Assembly (NCBI RefSeq): GCF_011745625.1
Contig: NW_027191525.1
Location: 1 to 35,594 of the forward strand
Length of the DNA stretch: 35,594 bases
DNA from: Cladosporium halotolerans
Lineage: Eukaryota
Direction: 5' to 3'
Under the pieces are notes generated by a model that was given only the letters and a program-made list of their open reading frames with translations, was not told where the DNA came from and searched no databases. The position numbers and the translations under genes are program-made. How positions within the stretch are numbered: position 1 is the first letter of the stretch; every line of letters starts with the position of its first letter. Of the stretch, positions 1 through 10,769 are shown piece by piece.

Positions 1-160
1 CGATCATTCCGTTGTCATGGAGTGCTGCAGCCGGCGATAAGATGCTTATGGTCGGATTCATACGAGAATGACCTCTGGACTGGTCAGCATGCGCAGATAA
101 ATGAAAGCCCCATCGACAGCTTGTCTAGAGGGCTTTAGATGGTTGTGCCAAATACGGCTA

Positions 161-203
161 ACGTACTTGATGGCTTACGGACGCACCCCGCTTTCCGACG
201 CGG
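161..203 (+). repeat. Left TIR of Fot1/pogo element
   Basis: 43/43 reverse-complement match to 1953-1995; starts with ACGT, as is typical of Fot1-like TIRs. Confidence 0.96.
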
Positions 204-229
204 CGAATTTTGGTTGACGAACCTCAAAA

Positions 230-1910
230 TTATCTGGACATCGCAACTACAATACAATCACTTTCATACTCGCTTGAGCCATTCTCGAGTACTTCTTCTT
301 CATCACTATCAATTTTCACGCTGTCAATTGGCTTCCGTGGCTGTCTGCGACTCTTCTTGTGACTGGCTTGCACTTCGGCTTCCTTCGCAATTTCGAGCAC
401 TTCTTGAGTGCTGAAGACGTACTTGTCCTTGAGCTTGATACGCTTGCCATTTTTACGTTGTTGACGAGCTCTTAAAAGTGTCTCTGCATCAGCCAGGCGT
501 TTCCGGAGGATTATGTTGTCGCTGAGAGCTATCTCGCCAAGCGTCAGCGCTCGCTCGTTGTACCGTCTGGCTGGCGACAGCAACGCTGTCTTTTTCCTCA
601 GCTCAGAACGCAGCAAATCGTTCGCTTGTCGCAATTCCGTGCTGTCTGGGGGTGAGCTTCGGAGCAGTGACATGTCGAAGTCATCATTGCAGCCTGGGGT
701 GCGAGGTGTGGGACTTCCGTACCTTGGCTGCTGGATCTTGCTAAGCACTTCGATAGGGCTCAGAGGGCCCAGACCTGTAGCCCGCCAGCCGCTCTTGATG
801 TTAGTCGTTGTCATTGCTCTCTGACGTGCGCGAATATACATTTCTGTCCACTCCACACGCTTAAGGCGGCCTGAATCGAGCCGAGACACGGCGTCGGTCT
901 CGGCCGCAAGTGCGCGTTTCAGTGGAGAGAAGACACCGACATCCAGAGGCTGCAGAACATGGGAACAGTGCGGCGGCAGTATAAGAAGGTCAATAGCATT
1001 GTCCATACAGAAGGAAATGAACCTCGCGGTGATGTGGCTGCCGTGACCGTCCATGATAAGCAGCCGGCGCTGGAATTCGGACGGCCTTGTCTGAGGCTCG
1101 AATGTCCCTTGCACCCACTCGAGTGCGTGGCTATCGGACGTCCAGCCACTATTACTTGTAGTGAAGCGCCAATTGTCCGGGGCATCAGTTGGAATCCAGC
1201 TGGTGTTGGTGTGCTTCGCCTTGAAGATCAACATGGGCGCCAGCGCTTCACCTGCTGCGCTGATACACTCGATCGCAGTTATCCACTCCTGCCGGCCGTG
1301 TACAACTTTCCAGCTCGACTTTTCGCGAACATTGACAAGAACCCTCGATGTCTGGCTGGTACCCACTGCAAATCCAGATTCGTCCATGTTGTAGACTTGT
1401 TCTGGCGGATACTGGTGCTCCAGGAAGAGCTCTGTGACAGCGTCAAACCACCTCTTGACCGCTTCAGCATTGACAGCATTATGTCTCTTGGCGTGTCCAG
1501 GTACCCTGGATATCTGGATGACGTTTCCGGAAGCGATCAAGCCATCGCTTTCCAATAGGGCGCCGTGATGGTGGCGAGGGCGCGTCAGCCTTCAGCTGGT
1601 GACGCTGCTCTCGGATTTCTTTGGCCATGTCAACCACAAGCGCAGTAGACGCAGGATATCCTGTCGCTGTCAGATGGGTGATCCACCTGGCCAAGGTATT
1701 TTCTTCACGCTCAGATAGTATCTGGCGATACTCGTGCGTGCAAGATCGCGATACGCGTCCTTTGATCCTGTGACGGAGTGTGGATTCGGGTATTCCAAAA
1801 GAGCGAGCAATCGCCCGAATCGGAACCGATAGGTCTGAATTATAGGCCAGTAAAGCTCCTTCAACAGGAGCATCGTAATACGCGCTCGGAACACGTGGAA
1901 TCGCGTCCAT
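230..1910 (-). pseudogene. Fot1/pogo transposase, frameshifted near 1487
   Basis: ORF 1479-1910 encodes the HTH_psq-like (IRAIARSFGIPESTLRHR) and CENP-B-type HTH (IGKRWLDRFRKRHP) regions. ORF 230-1555 encodes the DDE_1 core (YNMDESGF, LIMDGHGSH, LQPLDVGVF). The frames join at ...CGC CAA G AGA CAT AAT with no intron signals. Confidence 0.88.
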
Positions 1911-1952
1911 TGTTGGTGTTGCAGGGATTAGAAGGCAGGCATCGAGTTGGGC

Positions 1953-1995
1953 CCGCGTCGGAAAGCGGGGTGCGTCCGTAAGCCATCAAGTACGT
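1953..1995 (-). repeat. Right TIR of Fot1/pogo element
   Basis: 43/43 reverse-complement match to 161-203, followed by TA. Confidence 0.96.
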
Positions 1996-2557
1996 TACAT
2001 TAGATGCGAGTTTCTGGCAAGACCTTTACTCAGAATGGCATTGACTGAAGATTACTGTAATTCCGACACGTCAGGCATTGTTCACCACCTGTTAGCATCG
2101 TACTCACATCCTCCATGCTCGGCCCTGAATGTCGAACAGCCACGCAAGTACTGTAAGCTGTCAGACACCTTCCTCTCCAACGGCCACGTCGCTCTGACGG
2201 GGCCAAAAATGGCAGGCTATTGCCTTTTAGCATTCGCGTCGTTGGACATGACGAATGAGGGGCGCGGAGGGGGTCTCGAGATGTCGGGAGCTCTCTTCGA
2301 CCCTGACGGCGCACCTGATCAACTAGCGTGTGAGTGGCCGCAAGTGCGCCGTGGGGCGCACCGTCATCAATATAAAGTCGTACACACGAAGCAACAATGC
2401 CAACTGAGCCGCTCTCAAAGTACCTGCAGGGCTATACACAGCCAGGGATTGCTTCAACCCTTGCCACCCGAAACGGCCACCCGAATAGGTCTCAAGTTCT
2501 TGGAGTGACAAGGTCGATACTGACCATATCACCAAGCCTGACCTGGCCCCGTCGATC

Positions 2558-3208
2558 ATGATTATCCAAGATTTCTCGATGGAAGAACCAGCCCTTGATG
2601 TGAAGCCGCCCAGGAAGCCGACCCTACAGTCGCCGATACATTGTCATGAACGGACTCGTCGTTCGGAGAGCCCCATGAGTGCCATAAGTGAGATGGATTT
2701 GGATGATCTATCACGCAACGCTGAGGACGTTGTGTCACCTACCGCTCGACCCAGACGTGGATCTCTGGTGCTACGCTGCGCGGACTGTTCGAGCGTCGTC
2801 CTCATCGAGTACGGTCAAGGCGTCGTACCACAGCGTCTCCGCTTCCCAGATTTGTCAGGGAGATCCAATGGTATTGCACTTACGAATTGCAGGCGCTGCT
2901 TCACCCGCACTAAGAGCGGTCGGGAGGGCCGGGCTCGCGTCAATCAAGACCAGTACCGCATGACGCGATGTGCGGCCATGTGTCCCAAGCTGTGGGATGC
3001 GTCGGACTATATCAAAGCGGCCGCATTCGTCCTAGAAGAGAGTGTTGCACTCATGATGGTCGGGAGGGTTGGCTTTCATATTAGCTGGGACATGGTATCA
3101 AAGTCGTTGGATGCGAGAGATCAAGCAGTCAGCCTGGACATCTCGCAGGAGGTAACAGGGGACCTAGAAAGGGTCATATTGCCGTATCTTGCCGGCAATT
3201 GGGTCTGA
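2558..3208 (+). CDS. Hypothetical protein, 216 aa, two CxxC motifs (possible zinc ribbon)
   Basis: ATG-initiated ORF with a disordered S/P/R-rich N-terminus and a globular-looking C-half containing CADC and CRRC; no family recognised. Confidence 0.5.
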   Translation: MIIQDFSMEEPALDVKPPRKPTLQSPIHCHERTRRSESPMSAISEMDLDDLSRNAEDVVSPTARPRRGSLVLRCADCSSVVLIEYGQGVVPQRLRFPDLSGRSNGIALTNCRRCFTRTKSGREGRARVNQDQYRMTRCAAMCPKLWDASDYIKAAAFVLEESVALMMVGRVGFHISWDMVSKSLDARDQAVSLDISQEVTGDLERVILPYLAGNWV

Positions 3209-3276
3209 GTCTCATTGCAACTTGGTTCTCAAATGCTCTAGCTACGACTGGGAGAGAAGGGTGTGGCCAAATAGGT

Positions 3277-3609
3277 TCAATGAAGACTGCAGTACACGAA
3301 TCTAGGCTCTTCTACAGTGTAACAGCCCAAGCAAAATGCTTGCAATGCTAGATTTTGGTCCCGCAAATCTGACCAATTGCCTGCCTGTCTCATTTGTTCA
3401 AGCGTTCTGTGCGCGCGCGCAGTCTTTGATAGTGATGAGCTTTCAAGTCGCTCGTCACTTAGTTCATGGCATCTTGACTTGTCGCTGCAGGCCTTGATAA
3501 ACTTTTGCAGGCTGTGTCGCGCTCGATTTTGTGCGCTGAGTCCCTCATCGGTCACAAGAAAATGGACGTCCAAATGTGAGATTGACAAAAAGCGGTATGC
3601 GCTGTCCAT
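3277..3609 (-). CDS. Hypothetical protein, 110 aa
   Basis: ATG-initiated ORF with plausible helical composition, convergent with 2558-3208 (68-bp gap); no family recognised. Confidence 0.35.
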   Translation of the reverse strand: MDSAYRFLSISHLDVHFLVTDEGLSAQNRARHSLQKFIKACSDKSRCHELSDERLESSSLSKTARAHRTLEQMRQAGNWSDLRDQNLALQAFCLGCYTVEEPRFVYCSLH

Positions 3610-4247
3610 CCGGCATCTGCTTCACACTTACCCTGCGATGGTAAAGACTTGTTCGCGACTATTTGCTGATGCGAAACGCCTATCGTGCCGTCTCGGACAC
3701 ATTGCAGTAACGCTATAAGCTCTCGACATTACCTCTTAATCAATGCACAACGTTTTTCGCTTTTGCCCTAGCTTTGCAAGCTTATTGTCAAGATCCCGTG
3801 CTGCAGCGTTACCAAGGGGCCTTATCAAAATGCACAGTGCAAAAGCAAGATCTGTGAGTCGTGGAAATTGAGATAGCCGCGCTTTTTGCAGTAACCTTAA
3901 CGTTACTTACATTCTTCTAGAATTAACGTTATAACAGAGATGCAAGAGTCACTACTATCCTGATCTCCAGCGAAATCCCACCATCAATGCTACACCTACC
4001 GGGGAAACGACGAGTACATCCCATAGCCATATCAGGGAGGGTCGTTGCGTTTACGAACGATCGCAGTGTCGAAAAAGGTAAGCGCATATGCCCTAGCACT
4101 ACAAGTTCATCTTTCACATAATGAAGATCTGTCTATAGCATGAGTCATACATGTACATGGTTGCCGCGCATGACACAGTGGCGTTGGTATTTGTACAATA
4201 AGTGACACGCGGCATTGACCTTTCAATGTCCTTCCATCCGATCATAT

Positions 4248-4285
4248 TTCGTCCGGCTTCGTCCGGCTTCGTCAGCTTCGTCCGC
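4248..4285. repeat. Short tandem repeat, ~10-bp unit TTCGTCCGGC, about 4 copies
   Basis: ttcgtccggc ttcgtccggc ttcgtcagc ttcgtccgc read directly from the sequence. Confidence 0.8.
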
Positions 4286-6298
4286 CTCTTCTCAGATCTC
4301 GTGTCCGTCGCCCAAAACTGGCATCGGCCCCACTCTCTTATCATGGTACACGAGGGCCATACCTACAACATCTGCGGGTAGCTGGTTGGTGGCGGCAATC
4401 TTGCTCGCCATAAGAAAAGGAGGCACCGTCACGAGTCGTCATTACAGCCACTGCCGCTGCCAGTCGAGCGTAGCGAAACCGTCAGAAATGTTTTACTCGC
4501 TTGTGGTTTCGACCCTGGACGATTAGGCAACTGGGACATCAAAGAACTAGACTCACTGCCGGCGTACGGCGTGCTCTATATTGCATAGATGGGAGAATGT
4601 GGGCTGTGTCGGTCGAGATGAGGTTTGAGTGTACGATGTTAATACGCAGGATTATATTTATGCGCCAAGACGGCGGTGGAAGATAGAAGTAGATTACCAG
4701 CATCGAGGCGGTGTAAGTCGAGCGCAAGGTCGTACGATCTAGTGTGTCAAGGAATGCTTGGACACTTCCGCTACAATTAGCGCAAGTTTGTCACTCGAAT
4801 CAAGAGGTATACTCGCCAACGCGATGCTGCAAACCAAGCCTGGATTATTAGTACTGATGAATTTGACGTCGCTTTTCAAGGCTTACCTCGAATCGATCTG
4901 ACTGATTCCTACAAGTCACGTCAGGAGGCATACCCGGCCCCATACTCCTAGGGCACGCATGAATTGATACTCATGCTCCAAAAAGCCTTGTCGCATCGCC
5001 GAAGAGGGACTAGGGCCGTAGGATGTTGTGGGCCGAATGTGATTCAGGCGCAGTGATTGGGCATCATTTGTTATGGCCGATGTGTGAGCCGGCTTTCTCT
5101 TCTAGATTTCTGCGGCTGCGTCTGGTAGATTGTGAGCGTATCTTCTGGTATCCGCTGAATTCTTCGGGTTGTCCGTGAACTCATCACACCTTTTCCTGTC
5201 CTCCTTCTCTGTAACCTGTGTGGGCGGTAGCCTTGTTGGTGACCTTTGAAATAGGCTCAAGCCTGTGGTATTTGAGAGCGGCGGGCGACAGGGAGGAGCA
5301 TGCGATGGCGATCTACATTACGGCATGTCAGCGGCAAATCCTTCGAGGGTATGTCGAGGAGCCTTTGAAGGTGACTGAGGGTACTTGCCTTACCAGGATG
5401 CACTCTTGTAGCGAGGTGCGCGTGTGAAATCGTGGCCCCGATGAGGAAGCCAGACCTGAAGGGCCGAGCAGCGCTCGGCGCGCCAAGTCGGGAGATCTCA
5501 TGCTCACGACCATATATATTGGTCACGGCAGCGGCCCTATCCTGCACTGGAATTGCGATGACAGCGGCCAAAGAGTGCTGATGGGTCTAAGATGCGTACC
5601 AGTCTGGCCAGGAACTTTGGTGTTGTCGTAGACGGTCGGCAACAGCTGCGTGCACACGGAAAGCCTTCGTCGATGACAGCCCAATCTCACTACCATCTCT
5701 ACGTCCTCGCTTGGATACGGTTGGAAAAGCTGCAAGCTTGGTGGTGATGGTATTCAGATCGCACTTTGGTCTTGTTGTCAGTGTTCTGCGTGGACTCTCC
5801 GTTGCAGCTGCGCGTCATGAGTGAGCAGCTTCTACGATGCTGGTGGCATACCTCGCATCCCTCGCGTGTGGCTCGCTACTTGCACAAAAGCAGTTCGAGG
5901 CCCATGCTCAACATTCACTCCACGTAGCAGGGGCTTTAGCCATACCACGCTGCAAAGCCCACACAGGTGAAGCGTAACATATCCATGAGTAGTTCGTTCG
6001 ACCGGAGAATCAACGAGGCGCGTGGCTGAACAGACAAAGCGGGGTATATGTCGATATGTAGTGCAGTACTGTACATGTTCATTGAATGTGCTATGGGTAC
6101 AGTATTGTACACAGGTGGCGAAGTTTGTAGTACGATCTGCCAAACCCCCAAAGCTGCGCATGGGCCCAAAACAACCCGCGTGGAAACCTGCTCGCAAATG
6201 GGTCCGTGTTGGTAACATCCCGGGATCCACCATGAAGATGTGGCTGTTCCCGGACATTTTTCTGATCGTAACTGGACGATGCGGTATTCAGCATTTAC

Positions 6299-8606
6299 CT
6301 ACGATACTGGATCGGACTCTGTATCGACATCCCAGATACCGTGCACGTCAGAAGCCAGCCGATTTGAAAGCCTTCTCCTTTTAGCATATGTCAATTCGGC
6401 TTGTTGTAAGTGACTCTTCTTCGGCAGCGTTCTCTTGCCGGTTATTTTGACAGCAGCCGACGATCTGTCCCGTTGCAATTGATTCTTACCAGCCAACAAG
6501 GCACTAGGTCGTGGGGTGGCGCGTAGCTGATTCGATGGCGACGATGAATGTCGAGGTTTCGTAGACAGCGCCTCCGGCCTTGCAACTTGTCTCAAGCGCA
6601 CAACGTCCAGGTCGACTCGCTTGTGTCTCCTCCACTTCTCCGATATCCTACCACCCTGGATGGCTTCCTCGATAGGCATCCTTGACAACGCCGTGATCTC
6701 GTGGCCGTCTCCGGCAAATACTGCGTAGAGTTGTACAGAAAGCTTGAACAACTCCGTGTAGATATACACATGGAAGACAGACTCGCCGTCCGAGGCGAAC
6801 GAGCTCGACAACTGTCGCTGATACCGTCCAAATTCGGTAACTCTCTCGGTGCTGGTGTATGCGAATTGGTCCGCGTTCCAGCCGACAACTATTTCGTCGT
6901 CAGACACACCTTCCGGAGTGCCGAAGATAGACAAATCGAGAGAGACCGGGTCGCCGTTTGAGGGAACGAGTTCAATGTGCACGGGGTGCGATGACGACAA
7001 CCTGTCCCGTACCTTGCCACCATCTAAGTCGCTCCCTCTAGTACAGATCCGCACGACAGTCGTTGATCTCTCTTCTCCTTCTACGTCATCGGGGTCACTT
7101 CTCATCCAGAGGGACACAGGAGCCTCCGTGACCGACATGATATCGGGATTATCCGCAATCCGCACCAGTCCTGCTAATACGGCGGTGCTGGCAAGATTGT
7201 CAGCGTGTGAAAAGCAAATCCAAATAAGCAACGCCACCCACCTGTGCGTGTCCCTATCTTCGTGTATAGAAACGCTGGGAAAGCCTTGGCTGACCATGTT
7301 CTTCAGAGCAGCTTGGAACGTAGGACTCCGCGCGCCACGACCGGTCAGGAGTATCCTCAATTCGGCCTCATCCGTATCAGGTGCGTCGGTCAGCGCTGCG
7401 CTTGTAAGCTTGACGGCGGCGTCTGTTAGCTTCTGCTGTACGATCTCGACACGATCGCTATCGAGCTTCGCGTTGGCCGTCTTCGCTCTGTCCATGATCC
7501 TGTCCCACTCTTGCGGCGAGAAGCCAAAGCGTGGCGCGGAGTCTGTTTCCGGCTCGGGCTTGAAGTAGTCGTCAATAAATTCTGACACTTCCCACACGTT
7601 CGCATCGCCCGATATTGCGCCATTGGTCTCGTTGATCCTGCGGAATACGTCCTCCACTGCCAGGTTGATCGCGCCGGCACCTGCATCCTCGGTTTCGTAT
7701 TGATGAACCTTGTAGGTCGGACCCGACGCGATTTCGGCAAGTCCTACGTTCTGGTATCAGTTAGCGCTGCTGGCACGAGAGCGGCTGGCTTCGGCTTACC
7801 AATGTCGAGTGACCGCAATCCACCACAACACAAAGCCCTTCGGCTGTGATTTTACCAGGATCACTCGAAATCCGACCTACGAGACTGCAGAGGCACTCAT
7901 CCACAGCCTCAAATTGCACATCTGCCCAAAGACTCTGGAAACTCAGCATGAGCTCTTGCACCTTGCTATTGCGCCAGCAATCGCTGACGTTCAGGTATAT
8001 CTTGAAATCCTTAGCCCTCGCACCAATTGCTTCCTGTATCATATGTTGGAAAAACCCGATGGCGACGTCTTTAGGCGTTGTCTTGAGATCCCTGGCTTTT
8101 TTGTCCTGCAGTTGCAGTGTCCGCTGTATGTCTACGGGAATCCCCTCGTCTCCCATGAAAATAAGTTTCGGGTGTGAAAACATCTCCCAGTCTGAGGGGT
8201 TCTTCTTCCGAGCGCGCACAGCCGCATGACCGTGGCGCATCTCTGCTGATCTTCCTTCTCTCTTGACTGCTGACATGGCTGGAATTGCCTCCGCACCGCC
8301 AACACTGCTGGCTCCCACGCCTTGCGCCCACCGCACAAGTTCCCACTGACCACCAGGCTTTTTCACCATGGCTTGACCGTTGGACGCGCCGAGTTCGATG
8401 ACTGCTGCCCATGTCGTTGTTGTTGGGGTTGCTCTCTGCTCCGACGAATGGCCGGGCGCGGGCGATGCATTTTGCGTCGTTGGCGGATTCTGCGCCGATG
8501 AAAGGCTTCGCGCCGACGACGGCTTTTGCGCTGTCGGCAATTTTCGTGCTGACGATTGGGTTGGTTTAGCAGGTTTTGGTCGCGGTATGTGTTTTATGCG
8601 TGCCAT
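6299..8606 (-). CDS. Divergent Hsp70/actin-like ATPase-fold protein, ~734 aa; exons 8606-7800, 7750-7242, 7187-6299
   Basis: Actin-fold motifs occur in order: phosphate-1 VIELGASNG, connect-1 AVDECL, phosphate-2 VVVDCGHSTL|NV, GAGAINLAVE, adenosine ILLTGRGARSP, connect-2 STAVLAGL. Intron 7799-7751 (GTAAGC..CTAAC..CAG) joins the two track ORFs in frame. Intron 7241-7188 (GTGGGT..GCTGAC..CAG) is in frame. The start at 8606 is inferred. Confidence 0.78.
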
Positions 8607-8890
8607 TAGATCGGTGATGGAAGCATAAAGCAGGATTGTGGTAGTTGGGGCGTCCGTGTAGAGAGCCAGACACGATTCCGGAAGCGCGACATAGAAGCGC
8701 CATTCTCGCAACTTTGGGGAACGTTGCATACCGGCTGCACTTTGCATACTGCTCGCCGTCTTGGCGATGCATTCAACACGATTCTCATCACCCCTTTCCA
8801 TCTTGTTCACCTCTCAAGGATGCCACAGTGTCGCGATCATACACTGTCGATCATCATCTGTCTCATCATACAGTCCAAGTCGCATCAACT
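8607..8890. promoter_or_regulatory. Putative shared bidirectional promoter (284 bp between divergent ATGs)
   Basis: Inferred from gene geometry: ATG at 8606 (minus) and ATG at 8891 (plus), with a pyrimidine-rich tract around 8780-8815. Confidence 0.45.
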
Positions 8891-10769
8891 ATGACAGCGG
8901 CTGTCATCAGTCCATACACGGCTGCATCTCTGAAGTCAGGCGACCGCCAGCTGAAACAGAAATTCTCAAGACGTTTCCCAAGGACAAGAGAGTCCTATGA
9001 TGGTCGAAAAGAGCAAGAAGTCGTCGCGATAGTTTCTGGAAGTACAGACTGGAAGCGCGTGGGTAAGCCGTGGTTTCGACGGGATGCCGTGACTGGCATA
9101 GTATTCCGCAGAGCGCCAGCAAGCCGTCTATACCCAACGGGCCGCATCACAGTTTGCGTTCCTCACGAGGTCGCGTTTCATGTCACCGTCAGTCTTCAGA
9201 GACTCTACAGCTACTCGTTGATGACTGAGTCGATCACAGGCTCTGGAGCATCTCGAATCGCACGCGCTATCCTTGGAAGGCAGGAGGCCGGATAGCATCG
9301 ATTCGACTATCGCTGCGAAGTACACAGGAGTCGATCGAGATCAGCTAAGGTTCATGAGAAAACACTGTCTTGACTGTAATGCCGACGCTGGAAGTACTTT
9401 CGAGATTCCACTGGACTGTCCGCAGGTCGTACGCAGCCTCTTGGTGACGCCTGATACTCTTGACCCCAAGTCACATCCGTCGACAAAGATTGGAGGCTCA
9501 GATCCTGCTCGCAGGCGAGGTCCTATGACTGGCGGTGAGGTGGATGACCTCAGCTTGAGCTCTACTGCTCGATACTCCAACGTGTTCTGGATAGGCTGTG
9601 AAGACAAGATAACAGAGCCGGTTTCCACTCAGATCCTTCAACACAGGCAAGCCGCAGCAGTCAACAGCGCACATGTCCCTAGCTGCTTCTTGCTTGATCA
9701 AGCGGCACAACTACTTTCCGTTGTGGGCCCAGCTTTCCTCAGCATGGATTGCGAGCAAGTCACCGCCCATCAGTCCATCGTCACTGCATCTACCCTAGCT
9801 GATCGCTCAAGATGCAAGGTCATGTTCCAGACCGCCAACTGGTTGCAGCGGCAGCTTATGCAAGGCCAGTCAATATTGGACTGCAGTGCTATGCTTATGC
9901 TAGCTTGGCGTCGGTACGATCCGGAGTACACCACAATTGTGGAGGATATCTACGCACATGTGAAAAAGTACGAACCAGGTGTACTACGTGTGTTTCCTGC
10001 AGTTGAAGAGCTAGAGCATGCGCATGGAAAGATTGACGACATTCGGGCATTGGATCAAGTCGCATGGTGCGCACCATCCGGGTGGTCTTTTCGCCCGATC
10101 ACTTGTGATTGCACGTCTGCATGTCGTCTTGGCGAAGCCGGAGTATTGAAACGCACGCATAGCTGTGGCAGCGAGCATGTGATCGTGCACCCAACGGCAT
10201 CAGATGTTTCGAGGCATCTGCAATGTCTATCAGGCCAGCGCAGGACGAGCAAACGAAAAGTGGCGCAGATTACCGGACGCTGGTTCCACCAAGAGTTCAT
10301 CGAAGGTCTGCGGACGACGGGCGAGTTTCGGGTCTTCATTGTCACCGCGAGAGACACAACAGCGACGCGCGGACGGAGGGGGGTAGTGATTGAGCTAGTA
10401 CATACGCTCGAGCTCGCTGACAGAGAGCTTGTTGTGACGGTCCTGACTTCCCGTTCGGCCTGGCCAGAGAAATCTGACACATACAGAGAGATCGATCTCC
10501 AAGAGCTGAAGAAATTTGCTGTGCACGTATTTGACGCTCTACGGAACAGACCGGACTGGTCTACTAATTTCGAGTCCTTAGAGATCGGAGCTCGAGTGGA
10601 TGTCGGCGTTACTACGGTGGGCGATGCGTGTCGTTACTTCGTCAACGAGATCACTCGGATCTACGAAGCAGATTTTTTCGCGGAGTGGTTGGCGCAGCCC
10701 GGAACGCATATCTGTGAAGCAGTAGCGAGGGCTGTTGAAGAAGTCTTCATAGCTTCGTCCGATGGCTAG
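8891..10769 (+). CDS. ATP-grasp fold (glutathione synthetase/RimK-like) protein, ~608 aa; exons 8891-9187, 9240-10769
   Basis: C-terminal motifs follow ATP-grasp order: K.D..R.L, VLKRTHSCGSEHV (Lys plus flexible loop), HQEFIEG, GEFRVFIV, ARVDVG, YFVNEITR. A phase-0 intron at 9188-9239 (GTCAGT..CTGAG..CAG) fuses track ORFs 8645-9295 and 9273-10769. Confidence 0.72.

Larger units (their letters stand above)
161..1995 (-). mobile_element. Fot1/pogo-family (Tc1-mariner) DNA transposon, 1835 bp, full length
   Basis: Perfect 43-bp terminal inverted repeats (161-203 ACGTACTTGATGGCTTACGGACGCACCCCGCTTTCCGACGCGG; reverse complement at 1953-1995), TA dinucleotide on both sides (159-160, 1996-1997), and an internal pogo-type transposase. 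Confidence 0.96.

Noticed and set aside
513..1981. Plus-strand ORFs inside the pogo element
   Set aside because: Antisense shadows of the transposase.
129..2508. Idea that the pogo element disrupted ORF 2035-2508
   Set aside because: Removing the element extends the frame by only ~23 codons, up to a stop at 126-128; no recognisable protein results.
4248..4285. TTCGTCCGGC repeat as a Zn2Cys6 (CGG) binding array
   Set aside because: There is no clear adjacent target gene; replication slippage explains it adequately.
6849..7568. 239-aa plus-strand ORF, and similar long antisense ORFs at 17149-17883, 20337-20942 and 10055-10480
   Set aside because: They lie opposite better-supported genes and have antisense-type composition.
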